Below, piece after piece: positions 26,811 through 39,694 of a DNA stretch of 64,000 nt (positions are counted from its first letter, which is position 1; each line of letters opens with the position of its first letter). Origin of the DNA: Eledone cirrhosa (lineage: Eukaryota); contig OZ024743.1 in the NCBI GenBank assembly GCA_964016885.1, forward strand, positions 58,652,001 to 58,716,000. The letters are read 5' to 3'. Position numbers and translations under genes: made by a program. Under the pieces are notes generated by a model that saw only the letters and a list, made by a program, of their open reading frames with translations, searched no databases and was not told the origin of the DNA.

Positions 26811-29239
26811 CTAGAAATAAAATGAAATTTAAAGATGATATCGCCTTTAATATAAATAAATTAGTTTAATTAGAAACAACCACCAAGTATTAAAGATCAA
26901 TATGGCATCTGAAATGTTTTATTTAAAAGTTATATATCTACAAAACAATAAAATGTATAGCAGTTAATTACATATACACAACAACAAAAATTTACGGAAT
27001 AAATATTACAAATAATTGAAACTACCAAAATAAAATATTTTACACATTTATAATTTCAAGATAAACAATATTTTGCGTACATTTTAAGTAAAAAATTATA
27101 TCTACACCAGCTATGTCACCGCCGCTTTCTCTCAATCTCTTCCTCACATAGTCATACAATCTTGTTTTCATAAATACATATGTGAGATCACAATCGCACA
27201 CTCACTCTCTTACTAACACTTTTACCATCCCGTTTCATGGGAGACAGAAAGGTTTCACGGGAGAAATCCTGAGCTTAATACAACACTATTTGATACATAG
27301 ATATAAAAACATTGCATATTGCATTCTTTGTACGTGTGCATTCTGACTGAGTGTGTTGTAGGTATAGGTGTCGTCACAGTGTATTGTCAATGTGAGTGTT
27401 TTGCTACTGTATGTTTGTTTTCAGTGTGTGTGCTGATACGGGTGTGTGTTGTCTGTGCGCGTTCTCACTGTATCTGAGTGTGTGTGTGTATGTGTATGTG
27501 TGTTTATGTATGTGTGTGTGTGTGTGCTTGTGCATGCGAGCATATTCTGTAAGTTTTCGCATAAATCTACTTTATGTGATTACCACCATTGAGCCAGCAT
27601 GTTCGTTCTTGTTTGCTTTACAATGTCCATAATACATTAATATGCAACTACATCTAGCCCCGATCTTAGAATACTCTCAGCTTATGCTTACAATCAATTC
27701 GTTTGTTTATTGTTGTATCTCCTGTTGAGACGACTAGTGTTCCAGTTGTTTGAAAAAGGATCTGATGGCATGGAACTGCCACAAGTATAACGGGTTGAGA
27801 AATCACTAGTCTCCGTGAGTTTCAGCATGGTATGATGTGTGTCAAGGCTGAAATACATGTACAATCTCACTTTCACCAGCTGAGTATATTGAGCCAATGT
27901 GAAATAAACTATATTCTTGAAGGCCTAATATAATTGTTTTTCTGTTTTATGGCTGCATTTAAAACCAATGTAACTTTAGTGAAATCCAAATCAATATATA
28001 TGAATGAACACATTTCATTCACTCACTTTATAAATTGAAAACGTGGTGAAATCACCGATCTTTATTCTCAGAATTTACAACTTTAAAAAACGGGGGATGG
28101 CCAGTAGAACTACAGGTTTAACTAATTTTTGGCAGATGAGTTGACTAGAGCAGCGAGTCATAAATTGTCTTACTCGAATCGAATTCATAACTTTACAATG
28201 GTGAGCCAAACACATGACATTTCCAGTAACGTTAGCCAGCAAAAAACGGCTTGTACTCACCATTGAAAGGCAAATATTCTAAATGGTAAACATTTTACTC
28301 CTCACAGCGACTGGAATAATTCGATTTGATCTAGTGTCGCAGGCATAGATCCCTACATTTATTTAGTGGTAGATATTGTCTGGTAGTGATAAACTCTGCA
28401 GACTGAATAAGACGGCATCGTTGAACCATTCACTTTTGCTGAACACTAATAACATGTTGAATTACGTCGAATATGTTGCCTTTAAACGTTAGAGATGGAG
28501 GTCGAAGTGCATTGTCCATGATCATGTTACCGGTTTTCTGGCCTGAATGTTTCCAGTAAAGCAAATTCGATAAATGCACACAGACGATGTTAAGCCACTA
28601 GTTGAAGTTAGCATGATACCCACGAGGGTGACAGTTAGGTTTGAATGCGGAAGAAAGAAAACAAAAAAACAAAACGTTTCGTCTGATTCTCCAACACTTT
28701 CAACAATCTCTTGTTTTGAATTACTATTTTGTTTTATCGAACACCAAAAAAATGAAGGGCAACGTTGACATCGACGGGATTTGTGGTTAGATAGTAGATG
28801 GCCTGAGCAAATACCCCAAGGTAATTGCTCCTTCGCTGTACGTTTTCCTCCAACGACATTGATCAAACAATCAATTGAGTTTATAGAGAAGAATTCCAAG
28901 GCCAATTTCTTAGTGACTCTCGTGAACCCTAGTTTAAACATAGATATGACAATCACTTTCCCCTTTGACAAAATCCCTTGAAACTTTAATGTCATTCTTG
29001 GTGAGATATATAGTGACACATTGTGTAACAATGCTGCCTTTCGAATTAGAATTACACTCCATTTGTACGGCTTCCAAAATGTTTTCGTCAACTCAAATTC
29101 ATTCATTAGGCATGGGTGGACTCAAGGTTATGGTTAAGGAAACTTGCCCAATATAACTCACAGTGTGATGGAACCCCCCGCCAAATATATTTTTGTTTCA
29201 ACTAGAGGCATAAGGCAATCAATTTGAAGAGGAGGGGAA

Positions 29240-29400
29240 TGTTGATTATATTGACCCCAGTGCATATTGGTACTATATTTTATCGACCCCGTAAAGATGA
29301 AAGCTGAGCTAACGGGATTTGAAATCAGAATGGAAAAGGCCGTAACTCTATGCTGCGAAGCATGGTCTACTGTGCTCTAACGATTTACTGCCAAATAAAT
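29240..29400 (-). mobile_element. Degenerate tRNA-derived SINE
   Basis: 'gaccccagtgcatattggtactatattttatcgacccc..gggatttgaa' matches the other copies in the window. Confidence 0.6.
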
Positions 29401-29474
29401 AATTTAGACAACAAAACAGACATACTTAAATGAAAAAAAACCCCAAAACACAGAAATAAATAATTTATTCTTAC

Positions 29475-29579
29475 ATTTATTGCATTCTTGTGTACATCTT
29501 CCCATAACAACTCCACATGTTCTGCAACTAACAGGATTGGCGTGATATTTGCAATAGTCCGCACGATTCTTAATAAGAA
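29475..29579 (-). CDS. Astacin-ShK gene exon: ShK-like module (105 nt)
   Basis: taaccag acceptor, T|gtaaga donor, phase 1-1, open frame LIKNRADYCKYHANPVSCRTCGVVMGRCTQECNK. Confidence 0.75.
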
Positions 29580-30840
29580 CTGGTTAAAGAAAATGAATAT
29601 GGTCGTGCAGAAGACATTTTCGATATTATATATTAAGTAATTAAATAGACTAAAAAATGATTAATATGGCATATCGAATGCACGTGGTTTAGTTATTATT
29701 GTATTCGGCTCTCGGTTGTATGATTGTGATTTCTATTTCCGGCGCCACGTTGGACTCTTTGGCAAGACACTTCATATATAGTATATTATTCTATATACTA
29801 TATTCTATGTTCTATACATGCACTTTTGACGAGTTGTGCACCTGAGCACTTTATACAAAACATTCATTATTATTATTTATATCACATTGATCCAGCTCAT
29901 TCAGTTGGCAGAAAAGAGTTTTATCTGGAATACCGGCTTTGTATACACATGTCCCGGTCAAAGTTCCATGAGATATACGTTAAAGACACAGGCCACTTTT
30001 GGCTATACCATTATTCCAATCGCTGGAATTGTCGGAACCGATAGAGTTCCCATTACAAAACTATACCATTGATTTTAATTGCAGTATGATGTAATATAAT
30101 GTGTTGTATTGAACTATTTTGTTATGTGCTGACTTACAATGTATAATACTTTTATACTGTAATGTATCGCATTATATCGTACGTAAACAGCCACTTCAAA
30201 GTGGTTAAGTAGATTGTTCACAAATACATTAACCATTACAACTTGTGCAAACATGTATCACATTGCACTTTGTGTTAGTGTCAATCAGTATAACCTCAAA
30301 CTCGAAATTGCCAGGGAGGGTGTCATATATATAGAGATTCCTCAATATTTTCAAAATCATACACTATTTCAATTATAGAAATATAGCAACAAAAGAGTTC
30401 GTACCACAAAAAAACAAAGAAAAAAAAATCATATTTGAATTACTCCATTGACTAATGGCAAAGTTATTGAATCAAATACATTGGAATTGGAAAGTCCCTC
30501 TGTCTATTTTGATAATCAGTGTTCCACGTATTTGATCCACGGATGTGCTTGTTCGTATAATTAACCTGTATGTGGCTGATAGTTTCAGAGATATGTGAGA
30601 TTCCACGTAACAAAGTATATATGCTGGCTTCCAAACAGTTTCTGTCTAATCAAATTTATTTATAAGGTCATAGATGGATTAGAGACCATGGTAAATGGAA
30701 TTTACCCAATATGCGTCGCAGTGAGATTTAAGTAGGAACCTAAAGATTGCATCCCCGAAAACCCCTATTTAAACAGCAAACAGCATTATAATTTAACATA
30801 TATTATAAGAAATATACAATAGTTCATAATTTCGCCTTAC

Positions 30841-30945
30841 ATGATATGCAGAAAATCCAACACCTCTTCCGGAAATCTTTCCTCGCCTCGCAAATAGCTT
30901 TATTGGCGCGAGGTATGCAATACTTCGCTTCATTCGGATCAGAGG
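30841..30945 (-). CDS. Astacin-ShK gene exon: ShK-like module (105 nt)
   Basis: ttaacag acceptor, T|gtaagg donor, phase 1-1, SDPNEAKYCIPRANKAICEARKDFRKRCWIFCIS. Paralogous to 29475-29579. Confidence 0.75.
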
Positions 30946-31559
30946 CTGTTAAAAGAAACTGATTATCTTAGAGAAAACAACTTTAATATTAATACATCAA
31001 AAAGTACAGTACAAAACAATCCAATACAGCATAGCGAATGCGCGTGTTTTAGTTTTTAAAGTCTTCGTCCTCACGTTCATAAGGTTGAGATTTCGGTGTA
31101 TTGTATCCTCGAGGAAGGCACTTCATTTCCGGTTGCTACAGTCCATTCAGCTGGCAAAATGAGTTGCATCTATCATATAAAGGACTGTTGTTTGAAGCCC
31201 ATTTTGCCACTCTAAATGTCTCTGAGATATTGGTTAAGGATACACACACTTGAAGAGGGCGTTTAAATGTAAATTTCATATGTAGATTGTTCCTTTGATA
31301 CAACCGCCGAAACTCCAGTTTTCCAAACTGATGGAGGTCCCATAAGAACGCTATACCATTATTTAATTTTTTCAATTTTAATTATTAAGTTGACAAACTG
31401 GTTTCACAAAATTCTAATTGGTTTCACTTGCCCACATTCCTTTCAGTCGACTCTACAGTGATCACAGTGTCTTAACTGCGGCATTCATCAAGTTTTTCAT
31501 TAAAATAATTTCCCTTAAACATGTGTTGATTGATCCGAAGATCTTTGGAGTAAATTTAT

Positions 31560-31860
31560 CCGATAGAGGGCATAGCACAGAGAACAGGGACTGACTCCAG
31601 GTGGAACCACACATTTTCAGAATTAAGAGATCACTGTCTCGATACGGTGGGCAACTTGTTAGAATGTCTAAGGAAAGTATCACTGAACAGATTTTATGGG
31701 CAAAACCAACCGGCAGGAGACCCAGTGGTAGACCCCGAGCAAGATGGTTGGATAACATCCATGAGTTACGCTGGTCTCACTTGGGTATCCAAAGGTATCG
31801 GTTGGAGATGGTTGCTTCTGACAGGACTAGCTTTAAGGAGTGTTGAAGATTCTTCCCTCG
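31560..31860 (+). mobile_element. RTE-clade LINE 3' fragment (second copy ~33090-33375)
   Basis: GQLVRM..ILWAKPTGRRPSGRPRARWLDNI, the typical RTE C-terminus. Confidence 0.75.
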
Positions 31861-31861
31861 C

Positions 31862-31901
<40 letters not shown>

Positions 31902-32346
31902 AATGGCTTCTACAGGATTAAAACGGTTTGCTACCATTCAGGTGGCAAAATGAGTTGTATCTATCATATAAAGGGCTGTTGTTTGAAGCCCATTTTGCCA
32001 CTCTAAATGTCTCTGAGATATTGGTTAAGGATACACACACCAGAAGAGGGCATTTAAATGAAAATTTCATATGTAGATTGTTCCTTTGATACAACCACCG
32101 AAACTCCAGTTTTCCAAACTGATGGAGGTCCCATAAGAACGCTATACCATTATTTAATTTTTTAATTTTAATTATTAAGTTGACAAACTGGTTTCACAAA
32201 ATTCTAATTGGTTTCAATTGCCCACATTCCTTTCAGTCGACTCTACGGTGATCAAAGTCCTCACTGGTTTTACAAAGTAAAGAAAACAAAATGAAAATTT
32301 ATAAGGTAGAAATGTGTTAATGGAAGGAAGATAATAGTTAACTTAC

Positions 32347-32484
32347 GTGGAGGAGAAGGAGGAACACCATAGCATGTTTTGCATGTTTTCCTGCAATTCT
32401 CTGACATGAACTTGAAGTCACGAGTACAACCATTATTGAAAGACCGCCGCGAACAGTCGTTAACTTTGTCACTGCAGGCAGAAT
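32347..32484 (-). CDS. Astacin-ShK gene exon: ShK domain + Pro linker
   Basis: aag acceptor, gtaagt donor, 138 nt, phase 1-1. SACSDKVNDCSRRSFNNGCTRDFKFMSENCRKTCKTCYGVPPSPP. Confidence 0.88.
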
Positions 32485-32552
32485 CTTTATTGAAATGAGA
32501 CAAAAAAAACAAAACAATATTTATATATATATATATATATACATATATATAC

Positions 32553-32626
<74 letters not shown>

Positions 32627-33526
32627 AATGGCTTCTACTGGACTAAAGCGGTTTACTTCAATTCAGCTGGCAAAATGAGTTTATCTGTCATAGAAAGGGC
32701 TGTTGTTTGAAGCCCATTTTGCCACTCTAAATGTCTCTGAGATATTGGTTAAGGATACGCACACCTGAAGAGGGCATTTAAATGTAAATTTCATATGTAG
32801 ATTGTTCCTTTAATACAACCGCCGAAACTCCAGTTTTCCAAACTGATGGAGGTCCCATAAGAACGCTATACCATTATTTAATTTTTTCAATTTTAATTAT
32901 TAAGTTGACAAACTGGATTCACAAAATTCTAATTGGTTTCAATTGCCCACATTCCTTTCAGTCGACTCTACAGTGATCACAGTGCCTTAACTGCGGCATT
33001 CATCGAGTTTTTCATTAAAATAATTTCCCTTAAACATGTGTTGATTGATCCAAAGGGTATTTGGAGTAAATTTATTCGATAGAGGGCGTAGCACAGAGAC
33101 CAAGGACTGACTTCAGGTGGAACCACACATTTTCTGAATTAAGAGATCACTGTCTCGATACTATGGGCAACTTGTTAGAATGTCTAAGGAAAGTATCACT
33201 GAACAGATTTTATGGGCAAAACCAACCGGCAGGAGACCCAGTGGTAGACCCCGAGCAAGATGGTTGGATAACATCTATGAGTTACGCTGGTCTCACTTGG
33301 GTACCAAACGTATCGGTTGGAGATGGTTGCTTCTGGCAGGACTAGCTGTAAGGAGTGTTGAAGATTCTTCCCTCACGAATTATTCAGGAATAAGTGGACG
33401 AAGAAGTTTACGTACTGGTTTCACAAAATACTAATTGTTCTCACTGGTTTTACAAAGTAAAGAAAACAAAATGAAAATTGATAAGGTAGGAATTTGTTAA
33501 TGGAAGGAAGATAATAGTTAACTTAC

Positions 33527-33658
33527 GTGGAGGAGGATCAGAAATAACGTAGCACATATTGCATGTTTTCCTGAAATTCATTGACATGAACTCGGAATTA
33601 CAACCATTATTTCTAGACCGCCGCCAACAGTCGTTAACTTTGTCACTACAGGTAGAAT
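33527..33658 (-). CDS. Astacin-ShK gene exon: ShK domain (C4 to F) + Pro linker
   Basis: 132 nt, phase 1-1. DSTCSDKVNDCWRRSRNNGCNSEFMSMNFRKTCNMCYVISDPPP. Confidence 0.82.
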
Positions 33659-33789
33659 CTTTATTGAAATGAGCTAATCAAAACAGTATATGTATATATA
33701 TATATACGTTATTCCGGGTTCAATCGGAGGTAATCACACTAAGTAAGGTACTCAATACATAGCAGAGTATAACAGTTTTAATATAGATG

Positions 33790-33840
33790 AGATTCTACAG
33801 GACTAGAACTGTTTCATTCTTTAGAAATCATCAGGAATCT
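33790..33840 (-). ncRNA. Type I hammerhead ribozyme, intact
   Basis: AGAUUC-CUGAUGA-U UUCU AA AGAA U-GAAA-CAG uucuaguc CUG-UA-GAAUCU. Perfect 6-bp stem I, full core, stems II and III, GUA cleavage triplet. Confidence 0.88.
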
Positions 33841-33849
33841 GGGTATCAA

Positions 33850-34330
33850 AATATAAGCCAACCACCTCCGAACCCAATCCCCGGACTGGGGCCTTGTGTA
33901 ATTGTCTAAATAAGAAAGCCTGCCCACTTGAAAACAAATTCATGACAAATGATATCGTATACAAATGCGGTGTCGTATCAGGCACCGATGATTGCAATAA
34001 CAAAAAGCCTTACATCGGCATGACTTCCAATAACTTTAAGACCCGTTGGTATGCCCATACCCACTCCTTCAGAAGACCGGACAAATCAAACTAGTCAACA
34101 CTCGCCTCCTATGTTTGGGACATCAAAAGGAACTCCACCCCCTTCACGCTTAAATGGAAAATACTCCAGAAAGCGCTCTCTTACAACGGAGGACACAAGG
34201 GCAGCGAACTTTGTATCTCAGAGAGCTACGAAATGTTATTCGCCAAGGGCCGCTACTGAACAAACTGTCTGAACTCTGCCCGAACTGTATGCACAAGAAC
34301 TTTGCAACTTTCAAATACGTTAAGCAGTGT
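33850..34330 (+). mobile_element. Penelope-like element 3' fragment (GIY-YIG endonuclease, Nematis-like type)
   Basis: CNC..CPL..DIVYKC..PYIGMT..FKTRWYAHTHSF..LASYVW..LKWKIL. Same family as 59.9-62.3 kb. Confidence 0.8.
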
Positions 34331-34479
34331 TAATGCCCGATGGCTATAAACGACTTCCCCTTTTAGCCCGTCTACCCCTCCCCACTCCTCCTCAATCTGA
34401 AATACGGCCACTATGGTTATGTGAGTACCTCTTACCTATCTGCATTTTCTGCTTGTAGAGCTGTTTTTATGTGCCTGTG

Positions 34480-34602
34480 TATATGCGTATATGTATGAGT
34501 ACTTATTTGTATATATATCTATATCTATATATGTGTATATGTATGAATATATATATATGTGTATGGGTGTGTATATATATATATGTATATATATGTATAT
34601 GC

Positions 34603-34669
<67 letters not shown>

Positions 34670-34741
34670 TATATATATGTGTGTGTGTATGTGTACATAT
34701 ATGTATGTGTATGTGTATATATATATATATGTGTGTGTATG

Positions 34742-34781
<40 letters not shown>
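34480..34781. repeat. (TA)n/(TG)n microsatellite tract
   Basis: Read directly. One of many such tracts between 31.8 and 63.7 kb; these tracts produce the spurious YI/CV/HT ORFs. Confidence 0.95.
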
Positions 34782-34784
<3 letters not shown>

Positions 34785-34896
34785 GTTTGAATTTGTAAGG
34801 CCAAAACAATGCAGGTATGGACATAGAATAAAAAAAAATGCAAAGGCAAAAAATATTGTTGACAATTATTCTTTTAACTTAGATTTATTTAAATGT

Positions 34897-34931
34897 CCTT
34901 AATTTTCGAGATAATATCTCTTCTTCGGAGG
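34897..34931 (-). ncRNA. Minimal hammerhead variant (CCGAAGA core) downstream of the minus-strand PLE
   Basis: CCU-CCGAAGA-A GAGAU auu AUCUC-GAAA-AU-UA-AGG. U4 to C deviation and only a 3-bp stem I. Confidence 0.55.
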
Positions 34932-35244
34932 GAAGTAAAGCTGTTAAACCAGTGTTCTAAATAGCTTGCCAAGTCATGCTGACAGGAAATGGTATAGAGT
35001 ATCTATTCTATCTCTAATATCAAAGAGTTAAATGGATAAAGAGTAGTCTCCCTTTAAAAGATTTTTTTTTGTACATGTCTGTTTAAGTGTGTGGGAGAAT
35101 GCGTGAATGAGTAAGTATGTGTGTGTGTGTGTGAGTGTGAGAAGATATGTCTATACGTAAATATGGGGGATAGATGTTCTCTCGTGTTAGAACTGGTCTT
35201 TGTGTATGTATGTGTGTGTGTGAGAGATAATAAATGGAGGTGTA

Positions 35245-35320
<76 letters not shown>

Positions 35321-35399
35321 CGTGTGCGTGTGTGTCCGTGTGTGTGGGAGGGGTGTGTAAGTATGGGGCTAGATGCTCTATCAAGTTATACATTGGGTG

Positions 35400-36590
35400 T
35401 TGAGTTCTAGTCTATTATTGATTGGTGGTGTGTTTCGTCTATAATTACTGATTCCTTAATTCTAAGATTGCCGAGGTTTATTTCCTTAGTTTCTATCCTA
35501 ATTGCTATGGTTTTGTCGGTGTTTTTGCATTTCACTAGATATTTCTTAAATGAGGAAGCGTTAGTATTGAGGTGTTCTTTTATTCTTATGTGGAGCGGTC
35601 TGGTGGTGCTACGTACGTAGAATTTGCTGTATTTGTTGTACTCTAGTCTGTATACGACGTAAGCCTGCTGGGATAGATCTGTGTCGTTGATGGGGCAGTT
35701 GGCTAGCCTGCAGCGGTTGTCATGTCTGGTGGAGTGTCTTTTGGTTAGGGGTCCACGTAGAGAAGGTCCTGAGTGGGATAGTTGGATATCTAGTCCCGCT
35801 CGTCTGATAGCTCTGCGGATGGCTGTTGTTGTTCGTCACTGAAGTGTGGGAGCTTCAGGAAGCAAGTGTTAGTACCTCGGGTGTGGTGCCCTCTGTTCTT
35901 TCTGGCACGGTTTGTGGTGGATGTCGTGTATCTGATCAGTTTGAGTACTTCCAAGAAATGTGTAGTGTGTGTGTTTCGGTCTCTAGCGTCGGTGCGTTTG
36001 TTCCGGATACGTGTAGTTCGTTCCTTATGTATCAGAACTTAGCGCCGGCTGTGAGGGCCGATCTGAAATATACCAACAGGTCCCTGCTGGCGGCTTTTTG
36101 ATAGAAGCAGGTGTGGATGTTGCCTTCCTCTGTTACCCTGAGTTGGAAGTCCAGTAGGGATAGGGATCCGCGGTGATCGGGGTGTTCCATGCTGAACTTT
36201 ATACTGGCGTCCATGCTGGAGAATGTTGTGTATATTTTATCCGCCTCCTCACGGGATGACGTAAGAATGAGTATGTCATCTACATATCGGGTGAAGAAGG
36301 TATGGGAATAGCAGGTGTTGAGGGCTCGGCATTCTAGTTGGTTCACATAGGTGATGGCCAGCAGGCTCGATAAGCTGGTTCCCATGGGTAATCCTGTTTT
36401 CTGTCTGTATGTGTGGTGGTGGAAGGTGAACTACGTGTTGTCCACTGTGAAGGATAAAAGCTGGTGTATGTCCGCCGGATGGAGGCCGTAGCAGTGGATG
36501 TCCTCTGCGACCACGCAGTCCGTCAATAAATCGACAGCTGGATGAGCGGGGACTCTAGTGTAGCGGGAGACAACGTCGAGGCTAAAGGCG
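35400..36590 (-). mobile_element. Penelope-like element (Penelope/Poseidon-type), 5'-truncated RT + GIY-YIG
   Basis: GLPMGTSLSSLLA, FTRYVDDILIL, IKFSMEH, LSLLDF. Downstream VYRLE..KFYVxSTTRPLHIRIKEH. Confidence 0.82.
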
Positions 36591-39144
36591 TCTCTATTTA
36601 CTTTAAGTTATTCTGGCTGGAGAACAATTCATTTTTTAACGTCAGGACAACAAAAACCGTAAAAAGAAAAGCTCCAGGAGGAAACATACCCAAAACAACT
36701 GTAAACGTAGATCCTAAAGTAATTAATTTATCCAAAAGAGATCTTGACAGTGATGAAAGGCAAATTCTGTCAAAAGAACTGAAATTCACACAGACTCCAA
36801 CAGTCAACCACCAAGAACTGAAGGAGGATACCCAAGAATTTTGTCGAAAATTATGTTTTGTAGAATTCTTCGCTGATAAAAGTAATGAGAGTGATGAATC
36901 ACTAGTAAAGAATAAATCAAATTTCACTCCGCCAAAAGGAAGAAATAACTATCTCGACCAATACATTGACATCCTGTCTAAATTTCCTCTTAGACGTAAT
37001 GCTAATGCCAGGCCAACCATTAACAAATCAGAAATGTCTGCACTTAAACGTATACAAAATGATAAAACAATAATAATTAAACAAGCAGATAAAGGGGGTG
37101 CAGTTGTTATAATGGATGCTGAATACTACAAGGATTTGGTGGAGGAACAATTGAAAGACACAACATTCTATCATGAAATACCGTCAAATATAGACCACAA
37201 CATCATGAAGAAGATCAACAACCTGGCTTAAAAATACCACAACTCACTTACTGATAAGGAAAGAGACTACATCACCAATGTTGAGCCAAATCCCAGCAAC
37301 CTGTGTGGCCAAACTAAAGTTCATAAGTCAAAAGAAATACAACTGGCAGTAAGAGAACAAAACAGTGCGTACATTAAATTACTACACCCAAAAGACTTAA
37401 AACTTAGACCAATTATAGCTGGTCCAACATGCCCCACATTGTTGACATTATTTTGAAACCACTATGTATTCACATACCCAGTTTCATCCGGGATGATATC
37501 GACTTCCTGTCCCATCTTCCCAAAACCACGGAAACGAATTCACTTCTACATAGTTTTGATGTGGTACACCTTTACACCAACATTACATATGATTTAGGAA
37601 TAAAGGCAATTAAATACTGGGTGGAAAAACATAGAGAAATGATTCCCATCAGATTCACAGCGCCATTTATATTAGACGCAGTTAAACTTATTTTGGAAAA
37701 CAACACTTTCTTCTTCAATGGAAAGAATTACATCCAAATTAGAGGCACAGCGATGGGAACGAAGTTTTCTCCCGTTTACGCGAACTCTGTAATGGGAGAC
37801 TTAGAACAACAACTCTACCAAGAAATAGAGGAAAAATATAGTACTGACTTTAGAAAGTACATTGAAAAATCTTGGAAGAGATACCTTGACGACTGTTTCA
37901 TCATCTGGACATAATCTCTAGATACTCTAGATGAGTTCAATATCCTCCTGAATAACCCACACCCATCTCTCCAATTCACAAAAGAGATGAGTAGTACCAA
38001 ATTACCATTCCTAGATATAATGATAATCCAAAACGACACCACCATTACCACGGATATATATTATAAACACACAGACACCCATCAATATCTGAATTTTAAG
38101 TCGTGCCATCCACCTCATACAAAACGCAACATCCCATACAGCCTATCCAGAAGAATTTGTACCATTGTAGAAGATACGAATACCAGGTACAAACGCCTAA
38201 CAGAACTAAGAGAATGTTTGCTCAAACAAAGATACCCATCTCTACTTATAGAAAATGGCATACAGCGGGCTATAAATATACCTATACAACAACTTAGGAC
38301 AACGCAAGGAAGAAGAAACCAACAACTGGTCATACCATTTATAATGACACACAACCTATGTCACCAGAATATCTTCAACACTGCCAAAGCAAACCTACCA
38401 ATAATTGCTCAAAGTAATGAATTAAAAGGCTTAATCACAGATCGATCTTTGACTCTTAGTAAAAGACAGCCGAAAAATTTGAAGCAATTACTAACATAAG
38501 CAAAGTTTGACCTTAACAACAAAGACCAATCATTCACTGTATCTAAATGCAATGATAGTCGATGTGGAATATGTCAATCCATACACGCCGGTCAATAAAT
38601 GATACCAAAAACTGGAAAAATATTCCCAAATGCAAATATGAACGGCAAAAGCAGAAATCTAATTTACTGCATTAAATGCCCGAATTGTGAAGAACTATAT
38701 GTCGGTCAAACTGGAAATGCACTATCGGAACTTGCACGGGTACACCGACAGCAAATCAGAGACCCAAATGTCCGTCAGATACCCCTAAGTAACCATCTAG
38801 CGACATGTGGTCAGGGAATATTTATAATATTCCCATTCTACAAATTACACAGCCTAAGTGAAATGAAGAGAAAAATCAAAGAAAATAATTCTATTGATAA
38901 ATTCAAAGCCAAGCTAAATGAACAATAATAATAATGGGGGATTACTCTACTCCTACTATGACTACCACCATGTCGACTACGACCACTAACAACAACAACA
39001 ATAATAATAATAATAAAAGTGATGTTGATGGTAATAATTACTAGAAAATGCTATTTTCATCAATTCTAAAAATAGCAAAACAATTGATGCTTTGGATAGG
39101 TTCAATTAGCAGTCGTTAGACATGCTCAACCAACCGTGACGCCT

Positions 39145-39250
39145 AAACCAATCAACTTTAGTAATCCAGTGAAACTACACACTGATTGGTCGAAATACAG
39201 TTTGCAAGATTTAGCATTCTGGAGCCACTTTTAATTGTATATAAGGCACA
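39145..39250 (+). promoter_or_regulatory. Putative pLTR promoter (CCAAT boxes + TATA)
   Basis: CCAAT ~39148, ATTGG ~39185, TATATAAG ~39238, about 70 nt upstream of the hammerhead. Confidence 0.45.
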
Positions 39251-39306
39251 ACATTTACCATCTCATTACAGTTTAAAATTCCAAACTTGACTGTCACCAC
39301 ACATTA

Positions 39307-39345
39307 TGAACCTGAAGATTGCGAAAGCATGAAAGTACTTCTTCA
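39307..39345 (+). ncRNA. Minimal type I hammerhead in the Neptune-type PLE pLTR
   Basis: UGAAc-CUGAAGA-U UGC gaaa GCA U-GAAA-GUAC-UU-cUUCA. Palindromic minimal stem III and one mismatch at the first stem I pair. Confidence 0.72.
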
Positions 39346-39509
39346 ATTAACACCTAACATTTAATATTCTACCATACTATTTCATTCTAATACAATTATA
39401 AATTTTAAAGGATTGTAAATAAAACGAGTAAATCAGACAAAGTTGGAATTCCTTTTATTAATATAATCTTCTATACACAATCATACACATCCGTGTATAT
39501 TTCTCTCTC

Positions 39510-39661
<152 letters not shown>

Positions 39662-39694
39662 GTGCGCGCTTGTGTGTTTGTAAATGTGTCTGTT

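Larger units (their letters stand above)
31135..33680. repeat. Local tandem duplication containing two ShK exons
   Basis: Block A occurs at ~31135-31480, ~31935-32255 and ~32660-32990. Block B (RTE 3' end) occurs at ~31480-31860 and ~32990-33375. Block C (exon + flanks) occurs at ~32260-32510 and ~33440-33680. Confidence 0.88.
36610..39480 (+). mobile_element. Penelope-like element (Neptune-type), near-complete ORF with stops plus 3' pLTR
   Basis: VINLS..LKFTQTP, ADKGGAVVIM, RPIIAG, GTAMGT, RYLDDCFIIW, LPFLD, YKHTDTHQYL..SCHP, NLIYCIKC..YVGQT (GIY-YIG). ORF ends at 38928. Confidence 0.9.

Noticed and set aside
28522-29106. 194-aa minus-strand ORF in an intron
   Set aside because: No recognisable domain or convincing splice signals; possibly an old repeat that I cannot classify.
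34471-35393. ORFs rich in YI/CV/HT, here and at 42-44, 46, 49, 51, 58 and 63.6 kb
   Set aside because: These are translations of dinucleotide microsatellites.
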